A DNA stretch of 64,000 nucleotides from an uncultured virus (IMG/VR IMGVR_UViG_3300002834_000023) (IMGVR_UViG_3300002834_000023); one strand, 5' to 3'; positions 20,771 through 31,276 are shown, counted from the stretch's first letter. Notes: generated by a model from the letters alone, not told the origin. Numbers and translations: made by a program.

Positions 20771-21868
20771 ATGATACGAATTGTTCTCGGATGCTTATTC
20801 GGTGATGAAGGAAAGGGACAATGTGTTCACACATTATCCAATGAAGATACTTTGGTCATACGTTTCTCTGGTGGTCATCAATGCGGTCATACAGTAGTCA
20901 CTGATGATAATAAAGAACATGTATTTTCACAATTTGGTTCTGGCACTTTAAAAAGTGCTGGAACCTATATTAGTGAATATTGTACAATATATCCTAAAGG
21001 ATTAATCAGAGAATATAATGATCTGAAAACAAAAAGCAACTGGTTTATTTTGGATAAATATTTTGTTGATCCTCTCGCTATGATTACAACACCATATGAT
21101 ATTGCTTATAATAGAGTAATGGAAGGTATCAATAATCATGGTACTGTTGGAGTAGGATTTGGGGCAACAATAGACAGAAATGAAAAACATTTTACATTAT
21201 ATGCCTCTGATTTGTTATCTCCATTCATAACAGTAAACAAGATAAACCAAATCTCTAAATATTATAATGATAAAATAATATCATTACAACATATGGATGC
21301 AATGATTTCATATATGGACATTCTAAATGATGAACATGAAGGATTTGCCGATTCCATTAAATGGTTTAGAGAAAATATTCAAGTTAAACAACCCCCAATG
21401 GAAATATTTAAAGATATTATCTTTGAGGGTTCACAAGGAATTATGCTTGATCAAAAAATAGGATTCTTCCCACATGTTACAAGATGTAATACCACAGCGT
21501 TAAATGCTATGGAAATAATTAAAAATAACATACACTTTAACACACTTGAAGTATATTATGTAACCAGATGCTATATGACACGTCATGGCAACGGACCATT
21601 TCCAGAAGAAGAAATTGAACTGTTATCAGATCCATCACTCTCAAACCCAAAACATGACTGGCAAGGACAGTTAAAAACCTCACAAATGAACTTTGACATC
21701 CTTGAACATACCATAAAATGTAATGATGCAATTATGAAACGATATATAAATTATTATAAAAAACATTTAATCGTTACTTGTTGTGATCAAGTTGAAACAG
21801 TACCCTATGGATTTATGGATATGTCTGTTGATAATATCGAATATAAAAAATGTAGAAACTGGAACTAA
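20771..21868 (+). CDS. Adenylosuccinate synthetase-like protein (short PurA family)
   Basis: FGDEGKG, RFSGG.Q.GHT, FEGSQG..LD, YMTRHGNGPF. Confidence 0.82.
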   Translation: MIRIVLGCLFGDEGKGQCVHTLSNEDTLVIRFSGGHQCGHTVVTDDNKEHVFSQFGSGTLKSAGTYISEYCTIYPKGLIREYNDLKTKSNWFILDKYFVDPLAMITTPYDIAYNRVMEGINNHGTVGVGFGATIDRNEKHFTLYASDLLSPFITVNKINQISKYYNDKIISLQHMDAMISYMDILNDEHEGFADSIKWFRENIQVKQPPMEIFKDIIFEGSQGIMLDQKIGFFPHVTRCNTTALNAMEIIKNNIHFNTLEVYYVTRCYMTRHGNGPFPEEEIELLSDPSLSNPKHDWQGQLKTSQMNFDILEHTIKCNDAIMKRYINYYKKHLIVTCCDQVETVPYGFMDMSVDNIEYKKCRNWN

Positions 21869-21880
21869 AACTTATATAAA

Positions 21881-22321
21881 ATGAATAAAGAAATATTTAA
21901 AATATCTGTAATAAGTATTAAAGGAAATATCAATAATGATAAACATACAGTTAATGATTCCAATTTTATCAAAGAAATGGAAAAAATGGATGAATCACAT
22001 CTAAATTATAATCTAAAAACTGTTATATGTACCAATATGGAAAAAGGTATTGAAAGATTATGTTATTATGTTGCAAAAACATATCTTTATGGACGATTAA
22101 AACACTATAGTGGTAAAACAAACCTTGAATATCAAGATTTCAATCTGAATTTAAAAGTCGTATGTTTTACAGATAATGAACCAAATTCCGAAATAATGAA
22201 TGATACTGAAGTGTGGAACGCATGGGATAGTAATTCAGTTTGGGCAAATAATACAGAACCATTGGTCGAAGCCATTATGCACAAATTAGATATTAATGAT
22301 CAAATATTATATCATTTTTAA
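21881..22321 (+). CDS. Hypothetical protein, paralog of 25902..26342
   Basis: VICTNMEKG / NLEYQDF match VISVDLEEG / NLKYSDF. Confidence 0.65.
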   Translation: MNKEIFKISVISIKGNINNDKHTVNDSNFIKEMEKMDESHLNYNLKTVICTNMEKGIERLCYYVAKTYLYGRLKHYSGKTNLEYQDFNLNLKVVCFTDNEPNSEIMNDTEVWNAWDSNSVWANNTEPLVEAIMHKLDINDQILYHF

Positions 22322-22332
22322 TAATATGTGAA

Positions 22333-22551
22333 ATGAATAATACAATTATTCTTCTGAAAATTGAAATAAATGGTGTAACACATCAATTAAGAAAATTACC
22401 ACCAGATACAACAAATGTATGTGAAAATTGCTCTTTAAAAGAACGATGCAATCATTATTATGTGGATGCACGTGTAATGCCATTATGTTTTGCATTTGGC
22501 GAAATCGAAGAACTGGAAACAAATCAAAAATATAATTTTAAACTTAAATAA
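22333..22551 (+). CDS. Cys-rich hypothetical protein
   Basis: CENCSLKERC. Confidence 0.6.
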   Translation: MNNTIILLKIEINGVTHQLRKLPPDTTNVCENCSLKERCNHYYVDARVMPLCFAFGEIEELETNQKYNFKLK

Positions 22552-22552
22552 A

Positions 22553-23359
22553 ATGAAAAAAAATAATTTAACACTATCACTTTTCTTTATCCTTATGTTA
22601 CTTATTACATCTTGTAAAGCGACATATTATCAAGTATATAATGTGCAACCCAAATCAAATTCATTAGTTTATGAAGATGAAAATTGTAAAGTAGAATATA
22701 ATTTTTGGAGTAATGGGGGTAATGTAGAATTTTCAATGTATAATAAAACAGATGATATATTATATGTGGATATGGAAAAAAGTTTCTTTATCCTCAATGG
22801 AATAGCATTTGACTATTTTCAAAATAGAGAATTTAGCAAATTAACAAATACAATTACATCTAAAACAAACAACAGTATGTCTATATATGGGCATAGTATT
22901 GGATTTGGAGGAACAACAACACAAACTGATTATGCACAAGTTTCCCTAACAACAAAAGAATGTGAAATTGTTGCAATACCGCCAAAAGCATCTAAACGCT
23001 TTTTAGAATATAAAATCAGTACAGAACAATATAGAGATTGTGAACTTTTTCTCTACCCAAAAAATAATAGAAATAATAAAATAACATTTACGGAAAAATC
23101 ATCCCCACTTGTTTTTAAAAATAGATTAACATATTTTTTGGAACCAAATAATTTAGACTATCCAATAACATTTGAAAATGAATTTTATGTTTCTGAAATT
23201 ACAAATTATCATGAAAAAGAATTAAAAACAGAAGAATATGAAAAAAATTGCCCAGATGAAACAAAATCAAATATTAAATATATTATATTTAACAACTATT
23301 CCCCATATAAATTCTATGTGGAATATTATTACCCCAATATACAAAATAGAAAACATTAA
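22553..23359 (+). CDS. Putative lipoprotein
   Basis: MKKNN + hydrophobic core + lipobox ITSC. Confidence 0.7.
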   Translation: MKKNNLTLSLFFILMLLITSCKATYYQVYNVQPKSNSLVYEDENCKVEYNFWSNGGNVEFSMYNKTDDILYVDMEKSFFILNGIAFDYFQNREFSKLTNTITSKTNNSMSIYGHSIGFGGTTTQTDYAQVSLTTKECEIVAIPPKASKRFLEYKISTEQYRDCELFLYPKNNRNNKITFTEKSSPLVFKNRLTYFLEPNNLDYPITFENEFYVSEITNYHEKELKTEEYEKNCPDETKSNIKYIIFNNYSPYKFYVEYYYPNIQNRKH

Positions 23360-23365
23360 ATAAAA

Positions 23366-23563
23366 ATGGAAAAGAAAACTTATGAAGCCATCATCAAATA
23401 TCCTGATGGCGAAGAATACAAAGTCTATACAGAACAAACCTGTATAATGGACGTACTTAATTACTTCCAAAATGAAGTCTATGCAGGAAAAAATGTTATC
23501 ATTGGAAAAATAACAGAAATAAACCAACCAGAAGATCAACCAAAATTATCATTCATATTTTAA
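23366..23563 (+). CDS. Hypothetical protein
   Basis: 65-aa ORF. Confidence 0.55.
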   Translation: MEKKTYEAIIKYPDGEEYKVYTEQTCIMDVLNYFQNEVYAGKNVIIGKITEINQPEDQPKLSFIF

Positions 23564-23575
23564 AACTTAAATAAA

Positions 23576-24010
23576 ATGAAAGTAACAACTACAATTAAAA
23601 AAGAAATAGATGTTAAATATCTACATGTAGAAGTAGAACCAAGACACTGGTGCGACATAGCACTTAATGGCGGAGACTTCTTCAATGATGATGACGATAT
23701 GAGCAAAATCAATATCCCATGTAGATATGACGATAAATGGGAAATAATTATTGATCTCGAAACAGGACAAATTACCAACTGGGAAAAAGGAACAATCGCA
23801 CAAACATCTTTTAAAGTATGTGATGCCGGAACCTATACACTAACAGATAAAGATAATATCTTTGTTGACAAATATGACGGATATGTACCCGATATGCTAT
23901 GCCCAGATGAAGAAGGTTATGGCGACTATATCATTATGACAATTGATGAAAATGGCTTTATAAAAAATTTTAAAGCAGACCTGACACCATTTGAAAATGA
24001 TGATGACTAA
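23576..24010 (+). CDS. Conserved phage hypothetical protein
   Basis: FKVCDAGTY...GYVP..GYGDYI. Confidence 0.75.
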   Translation: MKVTTTIKKEIDVKYLHVEVEPRHWCDIALNGGDFFNDDDDMSKINIPCRYDDKWEIIIDLETGQITNWEKGTIAQTSFKVCDAGTYTLTDKDNIFVDKYDGYVPDMLCPDEEGYGDYIIMTIDENGFIKNFKADLTPFENDDD

Positions 24011-24044
24011 ATATATTAAACTATCAATTTAAAACCCATATAAG

Positions 24045-24476
24045 ATGAAAAAAATATATCAAATATTCATTGTATGTATATTAATCTGTTTTATTTCTTC
24101 CTGTCAAACATATACCTATGTTGATACCAAAACGAAAACAGAAAAAACAGACCAATTGTATGCAAAATATAAACTCATAAGAAATGTTAATAAACATTTA
24201 ATATTATCTAATACACAACAACAGAAAATTAACTTTGTTAAAGATAATAAAAATGTTATTGATATATTCATCATAGATTATGAATGTATTTTTCCAATAC
24301 ATAATATCAAAGAATATGATATATACTATGGAATGTATTATCAACAAATTTTTAAAAAATATTGTAAAGAACTGGAACGATTTCATCTAGAATTATCCCT
24401 TAATAGAGATAAACATTATCCAATCTATGAATATGAAAAACAGTTTGTAAATACAATGAGAAAAATAAGGCGATAA
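24045..24476 (+). CDS. Putative lipoprotein
   Basis: MKK + hydrophobic core + ISSC. Confidence 0.6.
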   Translation: MKKIYQIFIVCILICFISSCQTYTYVDTKTKTEKTDQLYAKYKLIRNVNKHLILSNTQQQKINFVKDNKNVIDIFIIDYECIFPIHNIKEYDIYYGMYYQQIFKKYCKELERFHLELSLNRDKHYPIYEYEKQFVNTMRKIRR

Positions 24477-24479
24477 ATC

Positions 24480-25394
24480 TTATACAGCATTATGCCATCC
24501 AAGATTACTAATCACAATCTGATTCCAAGTTAATCCCCCATCAGTTGAAGTTAATAATCTTCCCCCAGCTGTGCTATAACTTGGCGCAATAAATCTATTA
24601 AATCGGTAAGCCATATTATACCACGAACCAGCAACAGGTAAACCATTAACATTATTTACAAAAGTAGCACCATTGTCAGTGGAACGAACAACATTTCGTG
24701 ATGTCGTTGGCGTAGCAAGTGAAACCCATGTACCAGCACCATCCGTTACAATGGGATATGTTCCAGTACCACTTGGAACACTTTGCCATGTTAATCCCAA
24801 ATCAGTTGAACGTAAAAAATAATTAGTTGTTCCTGATATAACAAATACACCATTACCATAAGCAACATTATAACCACAAGGAGAAGGAGTAGAAACAGCA
24901 GTCCAACTTACACCATTATTAGTTGATCTGGCCACCAATGATGAACTTAATTGACAAATAACCCATACACCATTACCATCCGTAGCTGGCCAATAACTAT
25001 TCGTACAAGTACTTGGTAACGGACTGTTAATCCAAGTAGCACCATCGTCTGTAGAACGTAAACAAACAGTCGAACTATATGCAGGACATATATAAACACC
25101 ATTACCATAACCAGCAGAATAAAAATTTCCACCTGGTGTCGCAACATTCGATATAGTAAATGACCTGTATCCAGTCATTCGCAATCTAATGAAATAACCA
25201 CTTATCGTTGGAATAATTATATACTGATCCAAATCAGTAGCACCACCATAATTGGAAGCGGCAAATAAAGAATTGGTGGCAGCAGTCCATGTAATACCAT
25301 CCCAACTGTAATAATATGTATTACCAGCTGTTATAATGGACGGAACAGTGCCAAATGTCTTTTTATGAATATATAAACCATTTTGAATTATCAT
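24480..25394 (-). CDS. BNR/Asp-box beta-propeller protein (possible virion or receptor-binding protein)
   Basis: Repeats STDDGATW, STNNGVSW, STDLGLTW, STDNGATF, STDGGLTW. Confidence 0.8.
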   Translation of the reverse strand: MIIQNGLYIHKKTFGTVPSIITAGNTYYYSWDGITWTAATNSLFAASNYGGATDLDQYIIIPTISGYFIRLRMTGYRSFTISNVATPGGNFYSAGYGNGVYICPAYSSTVCLRSTDDGATWINSPLPSTCTNSYWPATDGNGVWVICQLSSSLVARSTNNGVSWTAVSTPSPCGYNVAYGNGVFVISGTTNYFLRSTDLGLTWQSVPSGTGTYPIVTDGAGTWVSLATPTTSRNVVRSTDNGATFVNNVNGLPVAGSWYNMAYRFNRFIAPSYSTAGGRLLTSTDGGLTWNQIVISNLGWHNAV

Positions 25395-25598
25395 ATCAAA
25401 CCCGAATATATTTGTAATACTTTTAGCAATAAATATTCGGAAAAATAATTTGAAATTGCTTTAAAAAAGAATATATTTAAACTATGCAAAATAAGAAAGA
25501 GATAGACTGGGAGTTGGTTATGCTTATCATCTATATGATAGGATGCGGAACATACTGGACATGGATGGCAATATATTTATCATAATTTTAAATCAAAT

Positions 25599-25886
25599 AT
25601 GCTTAAAAAATTATTATTCATATTTCAATCTTCATATTACCCCTATCTGTTCTATTATTTCGATCTCCTCACAGAAAGACATCTGAAACATAGAACAGGC
25701 GAATGTATAGAATGTTGTAGATACCTCGATGGAACACCATGTGGATTTGCCAATACCAAAACAAAAAGATGTAAAATCTATAATAAAAGACAATGTAATA
25801 TATGGTTCCCAATTTCACAAAAAGAAATAGAATGGAGAAAAAAACAACAACCAAATTTTACATGTAATTTCAAATTTAAAACTTAA
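25599..25886 (+). CDS. YkgJ-like Cys-cluster protein
   Basis: CIECC...C...C..Y..R.C. Confidence 0.55.
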   Translation: MLKKLLFIFQSSYYPYLFYYFDLLTERHLKHRTGECIECCRYLDGTPCGFANTKTKRCKIYNKRQCNIWFPISQKEIEWRKKQQPNFTCNFKFKT

Positions 25887-25901
25887 ATAATATTAAATCT
25901 T

Positions 25902-26342
25902 ATGGGACTTTTTTTAATCACACCCAAATCCATTGACTGTGTAATAAAAAATGATGTACATACAATAAACGATGGTAAATATGCCATTGAACTTAAAAAT
26001 TGTAAATCCTTATATTATGAAGATCGTGGTACTACTGTAATATCAGTTGATCTTGAAGAAGGATTAAAACAAGCAATCTATATAACAGCAGCCTATTTTA
26101 TTAAAGAGAAAGTTAGAAATGAACAATCCAATTTAAAATACTCTGATTTTTTAATTTATTTTAATATAAGATACTTCTCTAATATTCACGATGACGAAAA
26201 CTCATGTAAAATGTGGAACGGTAGCCTAAATGGTTATCTTGACCATAAAGGAGGACCATCTAGATTTGGCGTTGATAATGTGAATCAACTTATGACAAAT
26301 ACATTGTTGGAACTTGATGAAAATGACGAAATATTAAATTAA
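25902..26342 (+). CDS. Hypothetical protein, paralog of 21881..22321
   Basis: Shared segments noted above. Confidence 0.65.
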   Translation: MGLFLITPKSIDCVIKNDVHTINDGKYAIELKNCKSLYYEDRGTTVISVDLEEGLKQAIYITAAYFIKEKVRNEQSNLKYSDFLIYFNIRYFSNIHDDENSCKMWNGSLNGYLDHKGGPSRFGVDNVNQLMTNTLLELDENDEILN

Positions 26343-26564
26343 TAAATTTTAAATTATATGAGCATAATCCTCTTTTTACATAATATTCATACACATAGTA
26401 ATCTGTATCACCAATCATATAATGCAGCATTGCAAAATGGTTTTACCAAAACTCAATGGATTGTATTATCCATTATATTCACTTTACTTATCGGAACATT
26501 AATATCAATTGTAATATTAATCCCCTAAAAAACCTATCTAATATTTATTCATAAAAAGGAAATC

Positions 26565-27107
26565 ATGAATAAAATTATTCCAAGACTGGACGAATATTAT
26601 CAAAGATTAGATGAAAGATATGTTAATGTCTTTAAAGATAATATGGCATCATATGTTGATGATGTATGGGCAATTCTTCAAAGAACATATGTACCAATTG
26701 GTGGTCTTTTTGGAATAGCATCAAAAGAACAGCTAATGGATGAATCTGATTTCTGGAAAATGGTTAGACTGAATGGAAAAATAGTTGCTGTTCAAGTTTA
26801 TACACAAAAACGTGGTGGAAGAAAAGGAATTTATGGGGGTACAGATGGTTCAACAATTGGAAAAGAAGCATTTTATAAAATATTGAAAGATGATATTAGA
26901 CTTACTGATAGAAATATGTGGGTAGAAGTATCAGGACCAATGGAAAGAAAAATGCTTCAATTTGGAGCAACCCCCATTCCATCTAAAATCGCACAAGAAA
27001 TGCTTTCTGATAAAAAATTTTTATCCTTTGATCCTGATGGCTTTCACTATACACGAGTAATTGGTGGTAGTGAGGTAACTAAAATTATGGTGGGGAATTA
27101 TCAATAA
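26565..27107 (+). CDS. Conserved phage protein, possibly virion-internal
   Basis: 180 aa; N-terminal LDE repeats; ATATTTAT upstream. Confidence 0.65.
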   Translation: MNKIIPRLDEYYQRLDERYVNVFKDNMASYVDDVWAILQRTYVPIGGLFGIASKEQLMDESDFWKMVRLNGKIVAVQVYTQKRGGRKGIYGGTDGSTIGKEAFYKILKDDIRLTDRNMWVEVSGPMERKMLQFGATPIPSKIAQEMLSDKKFLSFDPDGFHYTRVIGGSEVTKIMVGNYQ

Positions 27108-27109
27108 AA

Positions 27110-27300
27110 GTTTTTGAAAATTATTAAAAATTTTTTCTGGAATTTTTTTGAGATGATTTTTGAAAAATGAAGAAAAAAATTCTGGAAAATTTTTGAAAGG
27201 TATCTGGGGCGAAGCGTTTGTCGTTTACAGGTGGGGGGTACTACCCCCATAGGGTAAGGGGGTATACGGTGACTACCATACTACCCCTATGACACTCTAT
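27110..27300. other. A/T-tract plus GC-rich palindromic non-coding junction (terminus or packaging site candidate)
   Basis: Repeated AAAATTTTT and TTCTGGAA tracts, then GGGGGTA-C-TACCCCC and CATAGGG/CCCTATG inverted repeats between convergent genes. Confidence 0.4.
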
Positions 27301-27578
27301 TAATCTTTTAAATTGTCTAATGTTTCATATAATTGATATAATTTTTTACCATTTGTATATAAACCACTCCACACACAATTTGAAATGGTTTCATACACTT
27401 CCCAATAATCTTTAATATTATTGGTACTGTTTTTGCCATACACTTTTGCCCATACTTGTGGATTAATATCTTTGCAAATTACATTACAAAAATATGTTTC
27501 AGCACTTCTATAATTATTAAATGATTTTCTTGATAGGGTTTTCCCTTTGACTGATTTGATAATAACATCGTAGAACAT
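27300..27578 (-). CDS. Hypothetical early protein
   Basis: Follows minus-strand promoter 27643. Confidence 0.7.
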   Translation of the reverse strand: MFYDVIIKSVKGKTLSRKSFNNYRSAETYFCNVICKDINPQVWAKVYGKNSTNNIKDYWEVYETISNCVWSGLYTNGKKLYQLYETLDNLKD

Positions 27579-27659
27579 AGTAGTTGTTTTGTTAATTGTT
27601 GTTAATACAAAAATATTAAAAATTATATAATAATAATTTTAGCTGGATGTTAAAAAGGG

Positions 27660-28151
27660 TTAAAACCCTTTTGGTAGATTTGGGTTAAAAATATAAAAAC
27701 CCTTTCCCTTTAAATCATTTATCACTTTTTTAACAGCCGTTGGATTAAGTTGTATAACTTCGCTCAAACTTTTATTTTTCCATGAAACAATATTGTATGA
27801 AGATTCAAGTGTAGGGGTTTTTGCATAAACAATACCTTTTTCAAACTGCTTTTTCATTTTTTTACTGTCTTTTTCCTTTAACCAATTCTCAAAAAGGTTG
27901 TCAACATATAAATCAGCCGTCATTTCAAGCGTAAAATCATTATATTTTATGGATGGTTGATTTTCACAAAAATCAAAAAAAGGCTTTAATGATTTATAAT
28001 CTTTGTAAGGTTGAACGTTTGTACTTCCTCCATGACCATCATTTTTAACGTATGCCATTTTTACACCATTAATATACAGGTCAGCAACAAAACAGTTTGT
28101 TTCTTCGGACATTCTTTCATAAAATTTAACGTTTTTCAGTTCGATGTTCAT
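27660..28151 (-). CDS. Hypothetical early protein
   Basis: MSEETNCF...NDGHGG; follows promoter 28218. Confidence 0.8.
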   Translation of the reverse strand: MNIELKNVKFYERMSEETNCFVADLYINGVKMAYVKNDGHGGSTNVQPYKDYKSLKPFFDFCENQPSIKYNDFTLEMTADLYVDNLFENWLKEKDSKKMKKQFEKGIVYAKTPTLESSYNIVSWKNKSLSEVIQLNPTAVKKVINDLKGKGFYIFNPNLPKGF

Positions 28152-28360
28152 AGTTGTAGTTTTTTAATTGTTATTATTGATACAAAGATATTAAAAATTA
28201 TGTAATAATAATTTTAACTGGATGTTAAAAAATGTTAAAATTAACATTTTCATATTATGTTAAAATAATTCATATTATATTATTTGTAAATATTTTAACA
28301 TATCATTGAACTGTTAAAATTGGTTAAGATATGTTAAAATTATATCTTAACCAATTTATA

Positions 28361-28540
28361 TTATTTTACATTGGTTCCGAACCTTTCATTAAAGGCTTTT
28401 ACAATTTCATCTCGTTTGTAGCTGTCCCAGTAGATTGATATTGCCGAACACCCAGGAAAGTGATACGCCATATCGCTTTTGGTTAGCCGTTTGCCAGCTG
28501 CAATACGATCCAGTGTCCATTTACTTAGTTGTGGTTTCAT
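28361..28540 (-). CDS. Hypothetical protein (59 aa, not in ORF track)
   Basis: MKPQLSKWTLDRI...; starts 1 nt after the upstream stop. Confidence 0.55.
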   Translation of the reverse strand: MKPQLSKWTLDRIAAGKRLTKSDMAYHFPGCSAISIYWDSYKRDEIVKAFNERFGTNVK

Positions 28541-28541
28541 A

Positions 28542-28781
28542 TTATTTGAAGTTTAAGCGGTTTTGTTCTCTGATCAGTTTGCGGAAGGCAGCCGTAACTT
28601 CAATGATAGTCACGTGTTCCATATAATACTTTGTAGCAATTTCCCCGCCCTTCAGGTTTACAGCCCGATAACCCCTGACATGGTTTTCGTTGGTATTATA
28701 CACCTCTATGTTAAATACGTGGTTCCCATTGTCAAGGTTTTTAACCTCTATTGTTCTACGTTTTGTTGTGATAGCTGCCAT
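28542..28781 (-). CDS. Hypothetical early protein
   Basis: ATG 28781 after promoter 28846. Confidence 0.7.
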   Translation of the reverse strand: MAAITTKRRTIEVKNLDNGNHVFNIEVYNTNENHVRGYRAVNLKGGEIATKYYMEHVTIIEVTAAFRKLIREQNRLNFK

Positions 28782-28858
28782 ATTGAAAAAGTTTTTAAGT
28801 TGTTTATAATGCAAAGGTACTAAAAATTGAATAATAATATTATCTCTGGATGTTAATT

Positions 28859-29047
28859 TTATCTACAGGACATATAAGCTCGCATCATTTCTTCATTAGT
28901 GGGTTTGTGGGAAGGATAGTTGGTTGATTTATATTCGTACCCTCTATTTGTATCATAATTACTTCTCCCATAATCACCATTACTCAACCCGTAATTTCCT
29001 GTTTTAGTCCCGATTGACCTTTCTCTTTTATAAATTTCACGAAACAT
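28859..29047 (-). CDS. Hypothetical early protein
   Basis: After promoter 29113. Confidence 0.65.
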   Translation of the reverse strand: MFREIYKRERSIGTKTGNYGLSNGDYGRSNYDTNRGYEYKSTNYPSHKPTNEEMMRAYMSCR

Positions 29048-29305
29048 AATTGTTTAATTTTAATTGATTATTATACTACAAAGATACAAAAACTTATCTA
29101 ATAATAATTTAACTGGATGTTAAAATTAGGGGTAGCTGAATATGTTAAAATATTTAGTTTTATATAATTTGTAATTATTTTAACATATCCGCCGTTGGCG
29201 GTTTCGCATTATGTTAAAATATGTTAAACAATATTTTTTAACATCCAGTATAATATAATGTAAATCATTTTTATTACTTTTGTATATAATTAAAACAACA
29301 GCAAT

Positions 29306-29512
29306 ATGAAAAAATTTAATGATAATCGGGAAAGTTTGGCAATATCATACGCAACGGATGCGACAGATAATAAACCTTCATCATACTCAACAGCTAAGCA
29401 GTGCTTTTTATCTGGGTACGAGGCTGGGGCAAATGAGTATTATAATAGGGGTTACAATGCAGCTCTGTTAGAACTCCAAAAATTAACATCCAGCATGTTA
29501 AAGGTTCAATAA
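29306..29512 (+). CDS. Hypothetical early protein
   Basis: After promoter 29238; reads through the next promoter motif. Confidence 0.65.
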   Translation: MKKFNDNRESLAISYATDATDNKPSSYSTAKQCFLSGYEAGANEYYNRGYNAALLELQKLTSSMLKVQ

Positions 29513-29558
29513 TTTTCAGTACTTTTGTATTCAACAACAACTAAAAAACAATAGAATT

Positions 29559-29912
29559 ATGGACGCACCATTTAGATTACAAACGATTAGAATTGAAACC
29601 AAGTATTGGTTTGACAGGACTTTTGGGAACAGTTACTACTCGTCCCAGGTAACATTGAATTGGGGTATGGATGACGAGGCTTCGTTTTGTGTTCCATTCC
29701 ATTATGGAAACCCTGACAGCGCAAGTTATGATATTATTGGGGCTTTATGCGCAAGGTACAATATCAAAAATTGGTCTTGGGCTAAACTTCATGAATTGGG
29801 AATTAAAAAGTACACTGGCCGACCAATAAAGGCTTTACAAAGGGATGTAAAAGCGTTTGGAAAAGAATACGAGGACATGACACTCTGGGAATACTGGGAA
29901 CAAAGAATATAA
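29559..29912 (+). CDS. Hypothetical early protein
   Basis: After promoter 29483. Confidence 0.75.
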   Translation: MDAPFRLQTIRIETKYWFDRTFGNSYYSSQVTLNWGMDDEASFCVPFHYGNPDSASYDIIGALCARYNIKNWSWAKLHELGIKKYTGRPIKALQRDVKAFGKEYEDMTLWEYWEQRI

Positions 29913-29945
29913 TAAGTAGGTAGCAGATAGAAAAGGTTTTTTGAA

Positions 29946-29976
29946 TATGGGTTGTTGTGAAACAATCCATATTTTG
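29946..29976 (+). terminator. Intrinsic terminator
   Basis: ATATGGGTTG...CAATCCATAT + T tract. Confidence 0.55.
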
Positions 29977-30084
29977 TTTATATATACTCAAATGAGTAGT
30001 CATACATTTTAACATCCAGCAAGAACCAAATAACGAATAATTTTGTATCTTTGTAGTATAATAATCAGTTAAAAATTAAGCAAT

Positions 30085-30435
30085 ATGAAAGTTTTGAATA
30101 TTATTGAGAGAGAGAATGATGTACAGCAAAATGTATCCAGCTATCCTATTCTTGAGGAAGCCAACGAAGCCAAAATTATTGAGGCTGTAAATGAGCATTT
30201 CAAACAGCTCATCAGGAACCGATTGGATGAGCAATCACAATGGGATAAGGATATTTACAATACAATCCTTGAGGACACAGGTTTTGAAAATACCGATGAG
30301 TTTTTGAACCAGTGTGTGGAAGAAGGGTACTTTGGCTATCCACATGACAATGATGTAGAATATCAGATCAGTTGGGGTACTGTGTTCAACCTTAATGATA
30401 CGGTACACTTGGATTACGTTTTTAACAAAAAATAA
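30085..30435 (+). CDS. Acidic hypothetical early protein
   Basis: After promoter 30009. Confidence 0.75.
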   Translation: MKVLNIIERENDVQQNVSSYPILEEANEAKIIEAVNEHFKQLIRNRLDEQSQWDKDIYNTILEDTGFENTDEFLNQCVEEGYFGYPHDNDVEYQISWGTVFNLNDTVHLDYVFNKK

Positions 30436-30453
30436 GTTGTTTTTAGTTGTTGG

Positions 30454-30492
30454 GGGTGTCCTGGTGATAGCGATCCAGTGACACCCTTTTTT
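30454..30492 (+). terminator. Intrinsic terminator
   Basis: GGGTGTC...GACACCC + T tract. Confidence 0.65.
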
Positions 30493-30602
30493 AACATTTC
30501 AGGATATGTTAAAATATGTATAAAAATTTTCAATAACATCCAGTTTAAAATAATTCAGATAATTTTTATTACATTTGTATAAACAATTAAAAACAAGTGA
30601 TT

Positions 30603-30845
30603 ATGACAGCTACTATTAACAGACTTTGGGATTTAGATATTAATATTGTGGGTTATGAAGGAACCCATTTGGAACGTCCGCAAAGCATTGCAGACCTTAG
30701 GAAGTGCAATAATGTTTTGGTTGACAAACGTGGTTCTTATGGTTACTATGATTGTATGATTGGTAATGCCTTGATCCAGGTTAAACAGGCAAAATACAGG
30801 CATCCTGCAAGCGGCTCAACAATGTTTTGTATTGAGGTTTTTTAA
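30603..30845 (+). CDS. Hypothetical early protein
   Basis: After promoter 30533; stop inside next motif. Confidence 0.7.
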   Translation: MTATINRLWDLDINIVGYEGTHLERPQSIADLRKCNNVLVDKRGSYGYYDCMIGNALIQVKQAKYRHPASGSTMFCIEVF

Positions 30846-30915
30846 CATCCAGAACATCAAATTTTATCTAATTTATAGTATCTTTGTAGTATAAACAACT
30901 AAAAAATATAACAAC

Positions 30916-31167
30916 ATGGAACTTTTTGAACTCACACCCAGAAACGGACGGAAATCATTTTATGGCAAAGCCCAGGTAGCTATCAACCAAGACGGAACTC
31001 AAACGTTGTTCTCCTATGGAACAGCAATCATGACACGTCAAACAGACGGCACTTATGTAAAGCATTGGGACGGATGGTCGGCAACAACAGGAAACCACAT
31101 TGCCTCCTTCAGTGGAGGTAATAAAAAGGAATACCAAATCATACCGTATGTAACCTATAAAAGATAA
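30916..31167 (+). CDS. Hypothetical early protein
   Basis: RKSFYGKA...LFSYGT...WSATT..H. Confidence 0.75.
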   Translation: MELFELTPRNGRKSFYGKAQVAINQDGTQTLFSYGTAIMTRQTDGTYVKHWDGWSATTGNHIASFSGGNKKEYQIIPYVTYKR

Positions 31168-31276
31168 GGCGTATGAAACGATTAAAATGGCTCTTTATAC
31201 GAGGCTCGCCCAAAAGATAAGGGATAATAATAAAATATTTAGAGAAATTAGACTAAGAAATTGTTAAATTTAACCG

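Noticed and set aside
20771..21868. PurZ / Z-genome synthesis
   Set aside because: Has the PurA-type Asp in GDEGKG rather than the PurZ Ser; no DatZ/MazZ recognised nearby
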